A stretch of DNA of 63,009 bases, filler included, from Octopus bimaculoides (Eukaryota): the NCBI RefSeq assembly GCF_001194135.2. It is 6 parts of 5 records of this genome, joined end to end, with 100 filler letters (N's around TTAATTAATTAA, not from the genome) between each part and the next. Parts side by side here need not be neighbours in the genome. Positions count along the whole stretch, not along the records: positions 21,476 to 31,581 come from NC_069006.1; positions 31,682 to 48,224 come from NC_068990.1; 4 more parts are not named here. The stretch is one strand, 5' to 3'. Numbering within the stretch: position 1 is the first letter of the stretch; each line of letters opens with the position of its first letter. Below the pieces are notes generated by a model that did no database searches, had not been told where the DNA came from, and worked only from the letters and a program-made list of their open reading frames with translations. Made by a program: the position numbers and the translations under genes. Of the stretch, positions 27,240-38,545 are shown piece after piece.

Positions 27240-28673
27240 CATGTGTGTGTGTGTGTATATATCTGCGTAAAACATACACATTTTATTTAATGATAGTGAA
27301 GTTACCTACCGTGTGGATTAGCTAATCACCTTCACTTAATGAGATGAATGGCAAACACATTACATACACAGACGCATATATATATATAAGTATATATGTA
27401 TGTATAGACACACACACAGGTGTGTGTGAATAGGTAGGTGGAGATGGGTTAGCTGTTTACTCGAAACAAACGTTGATGCGGAGTTATTTGCATTCAGGTT
27501 TGATAGCGAGTGTGGGTTGGAGGTGTTCAGAGAACCACCACCAACACGGATTTAGGAGACAACATATTTCATGATTTATTTGTACAAGGGGGGGAGGGGG
27601 GAGAGGTAGGTTGACCAAACAAATATACATCTTCTCCACATGATTCAACAAAATTTCATTGGATTTCCTCCCCTTTTTACTTTATTATTATTATTTTGTA
27701 ATTTATATTTTTCATTTAATTAGAGTTTCTGTTGACACTTGGAAATGTATTTTCAGTTNNNNNNNNNNNNNNNNNNNNNNNNNNNNNNNNNNNNNNNNNN
27801 NNNNNNNNNNNNNNNNNNNNNNNNNNNNNNNNNNNNNNNNNNNNNNNNNNNNNNNNNNNNNNNNNNNNNNNNNNNNNNNNNNNNNNNNNNNNNNNNNNNN
27901 NNNNNNNNNNNNNNNNNNNNNNNNNNNNNNNNNNNNNNNNNNNNNNNNNNNNNNNNNNNNNNNNNNNNNNNNNNNNNNNNNNNNNNNNNNNNNNNNNNNN
28001 NNNNNNNNNNNNNNNNNNNNNNNNNNNNNNNNNNNNNNNNNNNNNNNNNNNNNNNNNNNNNNNNNNNNNNNNNNNNNNNNNNNNNNNNNNNNNNNNNNNN
28101 NNNNNNNNNNNNNNNNNNNNNNNNNNNNNNNNNNNNNNNNNNNNNNNNNNNNNNNNNNNNNNNNNNNNNNNNNNNNNNNNNNNNNNNNNNNNNNNNNNNN
28201 NNNNNNNNNNNNNNNNNNNNNNNNNNNNNNNNNNNNNNNNNNNNNNNNNNNNNNNNNNNNNNNNNNNNNNNNNNNNNNNNNNNNNNNNNNNNNNNNNNNN
28301 NNNNNNNNNNNNNNNNNNNNNNNNNNNNNNNNNNNNNNNNNNNNNNNNNNNNNNNNNNNNNNNNNNNNNNNNNNNNNNNNNNNNNNNNNNNNNNNNNNNN
28401 NNNNNNNNNNNNNNNNNNNNNNNNNNNNNNNNNNNNNNNNNNNNNNNNNNNNNNNNNNNNNNNNNNNNNNNNNNNNNNNNNNNNNNNNNNNNNNNNNNNN
28501 NNNNNNNNNNNNNNNNNNNNNNNNNNNNNNNNNNNNNNNNNNNNNNNNNNNNNNNNNNNNNNNNNNNNNNNNNNNNNNNNNNNNNNNNNNNNNNNNNNNN
28601 NNNNNNNNNNNNNNNNNNNNNNNNNNNNNNNNNNNNNNNNNNNNNNNNNNNNNNNNNNNNNNNNNNNNNNNNN

Positions 28674-28714
<41 letters not shown>

Positions 28715-29980
28715 CTAAAATGTTTGCAGTTGGGATATGACTTTCTTTCCTAAAAGAGGAAAAAAAGAGCTGTCTCAGTCAGGTAATGTTTCTCAGTATT
28801 TCTGCATATATATATTTATATATATACACACACATATATACACAAACTTTTCTGAATTAATGAATTTCATATTGTTTTGATTTCCCTTCGTGTGTCTTCT
28901 TGGTTCTCAATTTTTTTTCACAATAGGAACCAACGACATACTGTCAAATGTCGTTCAGGTATATGCCTGTGTGTGTGTGAGAACACATTAGTTGTGCTGA
29001 TGTCCATGTGAAGTTGCTTGAAAATCATTCCCTTATTTTGTTGGTTTTTAAAACTACAAATTGCATCACTTTTGCTTATTTTCTTCTTGATTGATAAGCG
29101 TTATTGGCACACACACACATATATATAGTTAGCTAGACACTCATTCAGATATTGAGTCACAGGCATTGCTAAGGGGTGGGGAAGACCATGTTTCACTACA
29201 TTACAAATACATACACTACGAGTTTGTCTTTCTATTTTTGTACCTTCAACACTTGCTAAAAATTAACGATAAATAAGCGTTAGCCATGTTCCAGCCATAC
29301 TTTATCTTCGCTCAATGTGAATGAGCATGTGTGTATACAAACACATGCACACACAGACTATATAAAATTCATGTGTATATATCTATAAATACAATATATA
29401 TATATTATACCTGCTTACACACAAAAGTATAAATTATGTAATGTATATATTTTGTCTGTATGTATATATATTATATATATAATGTATAAATATAAAAATA
29501 TATCCAAAGTTTATGTATAGAAAAACTATAAAAGAAGGGATTGTTTCCACTTCATTATGGAACTAATTCTTCTGTGTCACAAATTCTAATGCCCCCGGGG
29601 CCCTGATGGTAGTGGGGTATAACCATAAACTGCACAATTTTCCTTCCGCTCAACATAAATCTGAAGTTTCTTATCTTTGTAAAACAAAATATTATTATTA
29701 TTATTATGATAAACGTTTATTTCCGTTGCTGTTTTTATTTTCCTTTCATCTACCGTGTTTAATCAAACTTAAACTATCATCACCCTTTTGTATATATGCC
29801 TACGTGTATGTATGTGTATATGCAGTTTTGTTCCACATATATAAGGGTGGGAAAAAGTAAGCATACAATTGCTTTATAGGAGCAGAATGTTCTTTGCATT
29901 CTTATTCTAAAAAAGAAATAGAGAAATGAAAAGAACATTCTGTTGATATTTTCAAGCAACTGTAGACCTACTTTTACCCA

Positions 29981-30136
29981 CACGTGTGTGTGTGTGTGTG
30001 TGTGCGCGCGCGCGCGTGTGTGTGCGTGCGTGCGTGTGCGTGCGCGTGCGTGCGTGCATGCATGCGCGCGCGCGTGTGTGCGTGCGTGCGTGTGCGTGCG
30101 CGTGCGTGCGTGCATGCATGCGTGCGTGCGTGTATG
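29981..30136. repeat. Alternating purine-pyrimidine (GT/GC/AT) tract with an internal duplication of about 58 bp
   Basis: Direct reading. Confidence 0.9.
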
Positions 30137-30364
30137 AAACTGTCACCACTTTCACTCCGGCTCGTTAAAGATTTTATTGTAGAGCAAATTAGGGAAAAAT
30201 AATGTCTTTCAAGCCATCAAAGTTATATAAAAGGATTTGTACTGTCAGCTTTAACCAATCCATCTTATGAAAGCAAATGGTGATGGTCATTTGGACTGTT
30301 TGTTTTTTTCTTTTTTGGAGGTGGGGGGGCCTACATTAGAAAGAAATACTTTCATTATTAAAGC

Positions 30365-30525
30365 AACAAGCTGGCTGAATCATTAACACATGAGACAAAA
30401 TGCTTAGCAGCATCTGAGTTCAAATCCTGCAAGGATTGGTAAAATAAAGTACTCGTCAAGTACTTGTGTTGTGACTAAAACTCCTTCCCTCAAAATGCTA
30501 GTCTTGTGCCAAAATTAGAAAGAAT
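30365..30525 (+). mobile_element. SINE family B (internally deleted)
   Basis: AAGCTGGCTGAATCATTAAC...CAAAATGCTTAGCAG...GAGTTCAAATCC...AAAATAAAGTAC...GTCTTGTGCCAAAATTAGAAAG. Confidence 0.65.
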
Positions 30526-30584
30526 TATTATTATTATTATCAACTGATAATGTAAATTCCCAGATAATTATTCGTTTTCAATCT

Positions 30585-30806
30585 TTAAACTCGTTAGCAT
30601 TCAGATTACTCTTGTCAAGTGCAATGCTTATCTATTGACATTGTTTTCTATTAATCTTGTAGCTTCAAGATTTCAATGATGTGATTGTTTATTTTTAGAA
30701 ATAAACATTGTAGGATAGGTGTGAGAGGCCAAATCTGGATGGTTTGAACAGAAACCAGTGAGAAGATCTGGGCCAGGTATGGCTGGTTTAATAGCCAAAC
30801 GGTTAA
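30585..30806. mobile_element. piggyBac-like MITE (TTAA-flanked)
   Basis: TTAA at 30585-30588 and 30803-30806. The termini are degenerate versions of CCCTTTAGCATT/AATGCTAAAGGG. A second copy lies in the opposite orientation at 37139-37367. Confidence 0.65.
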
Positions 30807-31370
30807 ATGATGTAAATAAATGCATTTAAAGGGACAAAAATCACACATTTTTCTTCAGTTCCTTAACGATATTAGGGTGCCACAGTAAGTGATGGAGGGG
30901 GAACTCTAAGATTTTTCTTAAAAAGAGGAGTACAACAGTAATTTGTATATACACTTGTGCTATAGTTGTTACTGCTGGTTGTGTTAGTAGTGGGGGGTCA
31001 TGTAATTTTTCCATGTTTTTGTTTTGTTTGGATGTTTTTTTTTCTTTCCTGCTTTGTTATAATTTCGTTAATGTTATGTGAATTGCTTTTTTTTTTATTA
31101 TATTTTTTTAATTACTGTAATATATAAACATTGTTGTTGGCCATTTTTTTTATTAAAAAAAAAAAAAAATCGCTTTGTTTTCCCTTTTTTGCTTTATCTT
31201 ATTTTAAACTCAAATCAAGCTGTTCTCTTCGTATGTATGTGCAAAATGTATGACAGGTGTGTGCATTCATGTATGTATATACATCTGCTTACGAATATGT
31301 ATATAAATAATGTACATATGTGTGTGTTTGTGTATAAATACATGGTGTGTATGTATGTATATGTATGTGC

Positions 31371-31412
<42 letters not shown>

Positions 31413-31581
31413 AATGCTTATATCATTTGTTGCCAAATTATAGAACATAATTTAATTTTTCCTTTTACCAAATTGCTTTCTTTATATTTTTTTCTACTTT
31501 TTTTCAAAAACCTGTTTCCACCATTTCTTTTTATCTTTTTTTAGTCATCGTTCCAATGACAGTCCCCCCACCCCCACCGCT

Positions 31582-31681
31582 NNNNNNNNNNNNNNNNNNN
31601 NNNNNNNNNNNNNNNNNNNNNNNNNTTAATTAATTAANNNNNNNNNNNNNNNNNNNNNNNNNNNNNNNNNNNNNNNNNNNN
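31582..31681. other. Artificial scaffold-joining spacer 2
   Basis: 44N-TTAATTAATTAA-44N. Confidence 0.95.
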
Positions 31682-31934
31682 GTTAGAGTTAGCATTAGGG
31701 TTAGGGTTAGGGTTATGGCTAGGGTTAGGGTTAGGGTTAGGGTTAGGTTTAGCGTTAGGGTTAGGGTTAGGGTTAGTGTTAGGTTTAGGGTTAGGGTTAG
31801 GGTTAGCATTAGCGTTAGTGTTAGGGTTAGGTTAGCATTAGGGTTAGGGTTAGGTTAGCATGAGGGTTAGGGTTAGCGTTAGGGCTAGTGTTATGGTTAG
31901 GGTTCGGTTTAGGTTAAGGGTTAGGGTTAGGGTT
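31682..31934 (+). repeat. Degenerate telomeric-type (TTAGGG)n array, about 42 units, interstitial orientation
   Basis: TTAGGG units mixed with variants TTAGCA, TTAGCG, TTAGTG, TTAGG, TTATGG, CTAGGG and TTCGG. The G-strand runs into unique sequence on the right. Confidence 0.95.
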
Positions 31935-32481
31935 TTGATGTCGCATGGTCAAAATTCCCGTGAGTTTTTATTAGACACTTTTGAAATTTATTCGAATATT
32001 GCGCTGAAGATCAGAATAGAGTAACTTCATACTCTTAACCGTGAAACGTCGTACCTAATTAACTAAAGGCAGGTTTGTTTTTGCTTTTCTCTTCTGTTTT
32101 TTGTTCTTTGTGTGCCATAAATATCGCCATCCTTTAGAGAAAAAATTTGTAGTTTGGAATCAGTAGTTCTTTGACTGCTATTTCTAAATTCTCAGTATGT
32201 TGGAGAAGCAACTCATGCTAATCCCTGTATATTTATGATTATAAATGGTTTTACCGATAAAGGTTTTTTCATACTGAACTACTTGGCAAAATTGCTAATT
32301 ATTAATTTTATTACTAATTGACGATTCCCTGCCCTATATCTGTATATTTATCTATCTGTACATGTATATAAATGTATATATATGGGTGTGTGAATGAGAA
32401 TCTTGAAAATTTCTGTGTACCAAATTCAATCATGTAGCATTGGTCAGCCTGGAGCTATAATAGAAACTGTGTGGAAGCTCT

Positions 32482-32563
<82 letters not shown>

Positions 32564-32754
32564 ATATATACACACATACATACACACATTTATATATACA
32601 TTCATACATATTTATAGATATATACATATTTATATATACATACACACACGCATGCACACACACACACACATATACATACATACATGCATACATATATATA
32701 TATATGATATGCAATATATATATATATATGAATATGTATATATGTATGTGTGTG

Positions 32755-32952
32755 TGTCATATTTGTGTTTGTACCCCAACAGTGTTTGAGACCAGTATTG
32801 ATTTGTTTGCATCCCAGTAATTTAACAGTTCAACAAAAGAAACTGATAGACAAAATATCACACTTAAGACCAATTTGTTTCAATTAAACTTTTCAATGTT
32901 GTACTCCAGCATGGGTATAGTTGAATGACCGAAATATGTAAAAGATGAAAGA
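32755..32952 (+). mobile_element. SINE family A 3' half (old)
   Basis: TTTGTGTTTGTACCCC...AACAGTTCAACAAAAGAAACTGATAGA...GTACTCCAGCATGG...GAATGACCGAAATATGTAAAAGATGAAAGA. Confidence 0.6.
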
Positions 32953-33109
32953 TATGCTCTAATATAAAATTCTGTAAACACTTGAATCACTTAACTCCTC
33001 AGCTACATACAAAATAATATGCATTAAAGTTCTGTTTCTAGCATTTATATAACCTATAACCTGTGTATAAGATATATATATATGTTGATATATATATGCA
33101 TACATACAA

Positions 33110-33142
<33 letters not shown>

Positions 33143-33990
33143 NNNNNNNNNNNNNNNNNNNNNNNNNNNNNNNNNNNNNNNNNNNNNNNNNNNNNNNNNN
33201 NNNNNNNNNNNNNNNNNNNNNNNNNNNNNNNNNNNNNNNNNNNNNNNNNNNNNNNNNNNNNNNNNNNNNNNNNNNNNNNNNNNNNNNNNNNNNNNNNNNN
33301 NNNNNNNNNNNNNNNNNNNNNNNNNNNNNNNNNNNNNNNNNNNNNNNNNNNNNNNNNNNNNNNNNNNNNNNNNNNNNNNNNNNNNNNNNNNNNNNNNNNN
33401 NNNNNNNNNNNNNNNNNNNNNNNNNNNNNNNNNNNNNNNNNNNNNNNNNNNNNNNNNNNNNNNNNNNNNNNNNNNNNNNNNNNNNNNNNNNNNNNNNNNN
33501 NNNNNNNNNNNNNNNNNNNNNNNNNNNNNNNNNNNNNNNNNNNNNNNNNNNNNNNNNNNNNNNNNNNNNNNNNNNNNNNNNNNNNNNNNNNNNNNNNNNN
33601 NNNNNNNNNNNNNNNNNNNNNNNNNNNNNNNNNNNNNNNNNNNNNNNNNNNNNNNNNNNNNNNNNNNNNNNNNNNNNNNNNNNNNNNNNNNNNNNNNNNN
33701 NNNNNNNNNNNNNNNNNNNNNNNNNNNNNNNNNNNNNNNNNNNNNNNNNNNNNNNNNNNNNNNNNNNNNNNNNNNNNNNNNNNNNNNNNNNNNNNNNNNN
33801 NNNNNNNNNNNNNNNNNNNNNNNNNNNNNNNNNNNNNNNNNNNNNNNNNNNNNNNNNNNNNNNNNNNNNNNNNNNNNNNNNNNNNNNNNNNNNNNNNNNN
33901 NNNNNNNNNNNNNNNNNNNNNNNNNNNNNNNNNNNNNNNNNNNNNNNNNNNNNNNNNNNNNNNNNNNNNNNNNNNNNNNNNNNNNNNNNN

Positions 33991-34066
<76 letters not shown>

Positions 34067-34513
34067 TATATGCATGTATGTATATCAATGATATATGTAT
34101 CAATGATCTCTTTCATTTCTTTCATCTATTTTTCCCAATGCAAGAAATATCTAAGTCTGAAATATTTCAAAATTGGTTACATTTTCCAAGATGACAGATC
34201 TATTCCATAACCATTCAATATGATTAATTCTTTTCATTATTAAATCTAATTCATTTTTGAAATGCTTAAAATTCTATAAATCTATTCATACATTTTGGGA
34301 CCGACAACAAACTGTCTGGATGAGAGATATGATTTACTATTGGTTATAAGTGGATCATTTGAAGACATAGTGGAATTGTGGACTAAATGACCTGGCAGTA
34401 TTCAATTATATTCTTTAAAGTACTGCTTTTCAACCATCTGGACTTGGTAAAATAAGTTCTATTCAAGCACCAGAATCAATTAAAGCCCCAGTCCCTGGAA
34501 AAGTGTGATCTTG

Positions 34514-34765
34514 TTAGAAATAACAACAATGTAACAATGATAATAATAATAACAATAATGATACTACTACTACTACTACTACCACCACCATGACGACGAC
34601 CACCATCACTAACATCACCGCCACCGCCGCCGCCGCAGCCGCCGCAGCCACTGCAGCAGCCGCCGCAGCCACCGCAGCAGCAGCTGCTGCCGCCGCCGCA
34701 TCAGCCAACGCTACTACTACTACTACTAATAATAAAGATAATGATAATAATAGTAACTGCGTTAA
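34514..34765. repeat. Compound trinucleotide microsatellite (AAT/ACT/ACC/ACG/GCC/GCA)
   Basis: Direct reading. It explains the poly-Ala/Thr/Val ORFs in the track. Confidence 0.9.
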
Positions 34766-34767
34766 TA

Positions 34768-34935
34768 TACTGGTTCTCATGACTTCTGATCTTAACTGAT
34801 TGGAAGTGTTATCTGGTACATTGTTTTGCCTTGGTATAAAAGATGGACTACAGCAAATATCCTGCTCAGTATCACAGATTTCCTTGTTAGTTGTTTGAAC
34901 TTTAACAAGCTGAGCAATGTCCCTTTGTTGGCTCT
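34768..34935. mobile_element. Repeat family D, truncated copy
   Basis: Aligns by eye with about 17008-17170 (CTTCTGATCTTAACTGATTGGAAGTGTTATC...CAGCAAATAT...GTCCCTT). Confidence 0.8.
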
Positions 34936-34939
34936 CCTC

Positions 34940-35780
34940 ATGAGCACATAATACAGTGTTTCCATATCGACTGTGAGCTTTCTTTTGGGGTTGTGGTGAT
35001 TGTGGGAATGGTAGTGCTGGTGTCGTTTTTGCTGTGTCCATGTTCGATGCATTAGGGGTTTCTGTGTTTTCAGGTGTTGACGTAGGTGCTTTTGTTTTCT
35101 GTTTCCTTTGCATTTCCTGTTGTTTTTTTTTTGCTTTGTGGGGTTCTTCCTCGTCTTTACTATGGGATGAGTAGTGTCTAGTGTCTGTATGGTCTGTCTC
35201 AGAGAGTGTGAGTCTGTCTGTGATAGTATGAGCATGCTTGTGTGAGTGTATGCTAGAGAGAGGGGATGAGAGGAGGGGCTAGTTTGACAGATACTCTGGG
35301 TGGTTTTCCCCATTGTATTGCATTCATGTGCCTCCATTGTTGTTTGAGGTGAGGCTGCAATTCTATTAAAAAGTCTCTGTTGTTGGGGATGTGCTGTATG
35401 CTGCAGATATGGCTGTGTACCTCCCAAGTTTTGTCGGTAGAAAGCTCTCAAGGGGCTTGTGGCCCTACAGGTGTCACCTCTGGGCTTTCTGCCTTCCATG
35501 ACAATGTGCAGTTCCACCCCGTTGGGCAGCTGGATCAGGTCTGGGATCTTCACGATATTCATTAGTTTCCCATGGATTAATATGTCCAAGTTGATCCCAC
35601 ACCAGTTCTCCCTGCTGCTCCATTTTACCTCCAGGAGTGATTCTGGGTTCTGTACTGCGCAGGCAATGATCTATCAGATGTTTACACCTGGTGGCACACC
35701 ACTTACTTTAATTCTTGCCGTGCACTTTGAGAGGTAGTTGGGATACAGGACCAACTTCTCAGTCCATCGCGGTGACACTG
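34940..35780 (-). pseudogene. Tx1/L1-clade LINE ORF1 remnant
   Basis: Minus frame reads KLVLYPNYLSKCTARIKVSGVPPGV...ENWCGINLDILIHGKLMNIVKIPDLIQLPNGVELHIVMEGRKPRGDTCRATSPLRAFY. This resembles the Tx1-type ORF1 signature V.VEGR.P followed by a decayed CCHC knuckle, then a Thr/Pro/Lys-rich tail. Two in-frame stops upstream. Confidence 0.65.
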
Positions 35781-36200
35781 CATGTCTTCACATGAGATCC
35801 TCATCAACATAGCATGCCCCAGTGATAGCAGGATCAATGCGAAGGAAGAAAAACTAAACAACTATGATGATTTGAAGTGGGAAAAACGAATATTGTGGTC
35901 AATGAAGAGAGTAGACGTGATACCAATAGTAATTGGTGCACTTGGAAGTATCAGTATTCAACTACAAACATGGCAGAAAAAGATTGGTGCAAGTGTGAAA
36001 GCAGAAAACCGACAAAAATCAGCATTACTTGAAACGGCAAGAATTCTTCTCAGGGTTCTCGAACAGTAAACAAGTGTCATCTTAGTCTGCTGGTGGTGGA
36101 CATCTGACAGTTTCCATCATACCCAGCAAAATAAGATGTGAGTTTTCATATAACTATAATAATAATAATAATGATAATAATAATAATAATAATAATAACA
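35781..36200 (+). pseudogene. Second R4/Dong-type LINE 3' fragment with (TAA)n tail
   Basis: ILINIACPSDSRINAKEEKLNNYDDLKWEKRILWSMKRVDVIPIVIGALG...QKSALLETARILLRVLEQ* is an RLE C-terminus (stop 36067-36069). About 85 bp of 3' UTR and then (ATA/AAT)n follow. Different subfamily from the 17.6 kb element. Confidence 0.85.
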
Positions 36201-36990
36201 ACTAAAAATTATTTATTGGATTTTTGCATTTTGTGTTCCAATTTCTCTGGAGACAATTTTATGTGTGGTAAGAAAATTTGAATTATGAACATAAAAATCT
36301 GGAACAATTGCTGCAAGGTATTTGTCCAAACAATTTGCCATGGTCAACTTTGTATTTCATCCTTCCGGAGTTGATGCAATAAAATACCATTGAAGTACAG
36401 CAGTTGATTTTATTTACCTATAAGAGGGTCCTAGATGTAAACAAAATTATTATACAAGATATGACAATGCATTTAATTTTAGGTTTAAACTAGATTCATT
36501 GCACTTAACACAACAAGAATTTTTAATATTCAAACAAAGCACTAAATTTAAGTAGAAGAGAGAATAGATTTAATTCGCATCAGTATTTAAATGGTATTTA
36601 TTTATTAGCTCTCCATCTTGCTATCATTTGGAAACCTTATAATAGACACAAGACAGTACGTATAGGAGGGTACAATTTATATCAGTGATTTGGCATCTTA
36701 CTTGGTACTATATTAACATGCTATCTGCATTCTGTAATAGTTTTTTGGTTGAATATGAACAATCAGAAGTTCAGACAACATACTTCTTAAATTAATGAGA
36801 AGCTAAGAATTTTACAGACACTTTTAGTCCTCATCTTAACCTGTATGAATGGAAAACACTGGAGAATAACCAACACAAGAGGAAGATGTTTAATTTGACT
36901 CTTTGTCACTGCACAAACTGAACAATTCAATGGTAAATGTTAACATAGAAAAAAAAGTAGCATAAAGTGGGAAACAGCAATTTTTCTCCT

Positions 36991-37038
36991 CCATGAAAAG
37001 AAATACTCCATTTGTAACTGGAGTATTTCTTTTCATGG
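36991..37038. other. Perfect 20-bp inverted repeat with 8-nt loop
   Basis: CCATGAAAAGAAATACTCCA-TTTGTAAC-TGGAGTATTTCTTTTCATGG. Confidence 0.9.
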
Positions 37039-37138
37039 GCATTGGTCAACATAATCACATGTAGACCTATAAAACTTAAATCTAAAGAATAATTCTTTTC
37101 AACCTCAAGGAATTGTTGCCATTGCCCTCATCATAAGC

Positions 37139-37367
37139 TTAACCCTTTAACATTTAAAACAGCCAGATATGGCTTAAATATTCTACTTGTTTTATGTTCA
37201 AACTGACCAGATCCAAATCTCTCACACTTCACACCTATCCTATACTGTCATTCTTAAAATAAACAATCACATCATTGAAATCTCAAAACGAAGAAATAAT
37301 GTATACAATTAATTAAAAATAATATAAATGAATATGCCTTACATTTGACAAAATAATTTGAATGCTA
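37139..37367. mobile_element. piggyBac-like MITE, second copy (right end interrupted)
   Basis: Starts TTAACCCTTTAACATTT. The body is the reverse complement of 30585-30806. It ends at GAATGCTA, where a family A tail begins. Confidence 0.7.
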
Positions 37368-37369
37368 TT

Positions 37370-37960
37370 CTTTTATTCTTTTATTTGTTTCAGTCAGCCT
37401 GACTGCATCCATTCTGGAGCACTGCCTTTAGTCGAACAAATCAACCCCAGGACTTATTCTTTGTAAGCCTAGTACTTATTCTATCGGTCTTTTTTGCTGA
37501 ACTGGTAAGTTACAGGGATGTAAGTATACCAACATTGGCTGTCAAACGATGGTGGGGGGATAAACACAGACACACAAATATGCACACACACACACACACA
37601 CACAGATATGACAGGCTTCAGTCAGTTTCTTATTTCTTTACTGCCTCCAGGGGGCTACACACAGAGGGGACAAACAAGGGTAGACAAATGGATTAAGTCG
37701 ATTACATTGACATCAGTGCATAACTGATACTTAATTTATTGACCTCAAAAGGATGAAAGGCAAAGTTGACCTCAGCGGAATTTGAACTCAGAACGTAATG
37801 GCTGATGAAATACCGCTAAGCATTTCACCCGGTGTGCTAACATTTCTGCCAGCTCGCCGCCTTCTTCATTCAGTTTCTGCCTACCAAATCCACAAGGCTT
37901 TGGTTGGACTGAAACTACAGCAGAAGACACTTGCCCAAAGTGCCATGCAGTGTGGACAAT
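37370..37960 (-). mobile_element. SINE family A interrupted by a family B insertion
   Basis: A tail and body at 37370-37630. A resumes at 37864 (CAGTTTCTGCCTACCAAATCCACAAGGCTTTGG...GACACTTGCCCAAAGTGCC). Confidence 0.85.
37631..37863 (-). mobile_element. SINE family B, full length, nested, with 15-bp TSD
   Basis: TSD CTTCAGTCAGTTTCT (37616-37630) and CTTCATTCAGTTTCT (37864-37878), 14/15 identical. Confidence 0.9.
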
Positions 37961-38179
37961 ATTTGACAAGACTGGACCTTTGGCTTATAGGTATTGTCCA
38001 TCTCAAGACTTTCCACCCAATTTCAGCTAACCAAGTTTCATGCACAAAGCTTAAGGATAAGCTAATGCAGAAAGAGAGTTTCCCAAGAGGTCTCAAAGTA
38101 GAACTGAACCTGGAACTTCATGATTAACAAATGAATTTCTCAATCACCAGGCCATGTCTGCATCTATGTGCATTCTATA

Positions 38180-38545
38180 GACATGTAACCTTATAAGAAA
38201 AGTAGCCTTATATAAAAATGTAGCCTTGTATAGAGATGTTATCTTATAATAGAAATGTCATAGCCTTATATTGAAATGTTATAGTATTATATAGAAATGA
38301 TGTAGTCTGGTATAGAAATATTGTAGTCTTCTTATGAAATATTTAAACTTTATATATAAATGTTACAGCCTTATATAAAAATGTTGTAGTCTTAAGAAAT
38401 ATTATAACTTTATATAGAAGTGTTGTAGTCTTCAGAAATATTGTAACTTTATATAAAAATGTTTCCGTCTTATATAGAAATGTTGTAGTCTTCAGAAATA
38501 GTGTAACTTGATATAGAAATGTTGCAATCTTATATAGGAATATTT
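38180..38545. repeat. Degenerate minisatellite, unit about 21 bp (CCTTATATAGAAATGTTGTAG), with higher-order 39/60-bp period
   Basis: 38401-38460 and 38461-38520 align in register at 60 bp. Confidence 0.85.

Noticed and set aside
31682-31934. True chromosome end
   Set aside because: Wrong orientation for a left telomere and heavily degenerate. Kept only as an interstitial array.
34514-35113. 199-aa ORF with poly-Ala/poly-Val as a transcription-factor-like low-complexity protein
   Set aside because: It is assembled from the LINE ORF1 tail, repeat D and a compound trinucleotide microsatellite.
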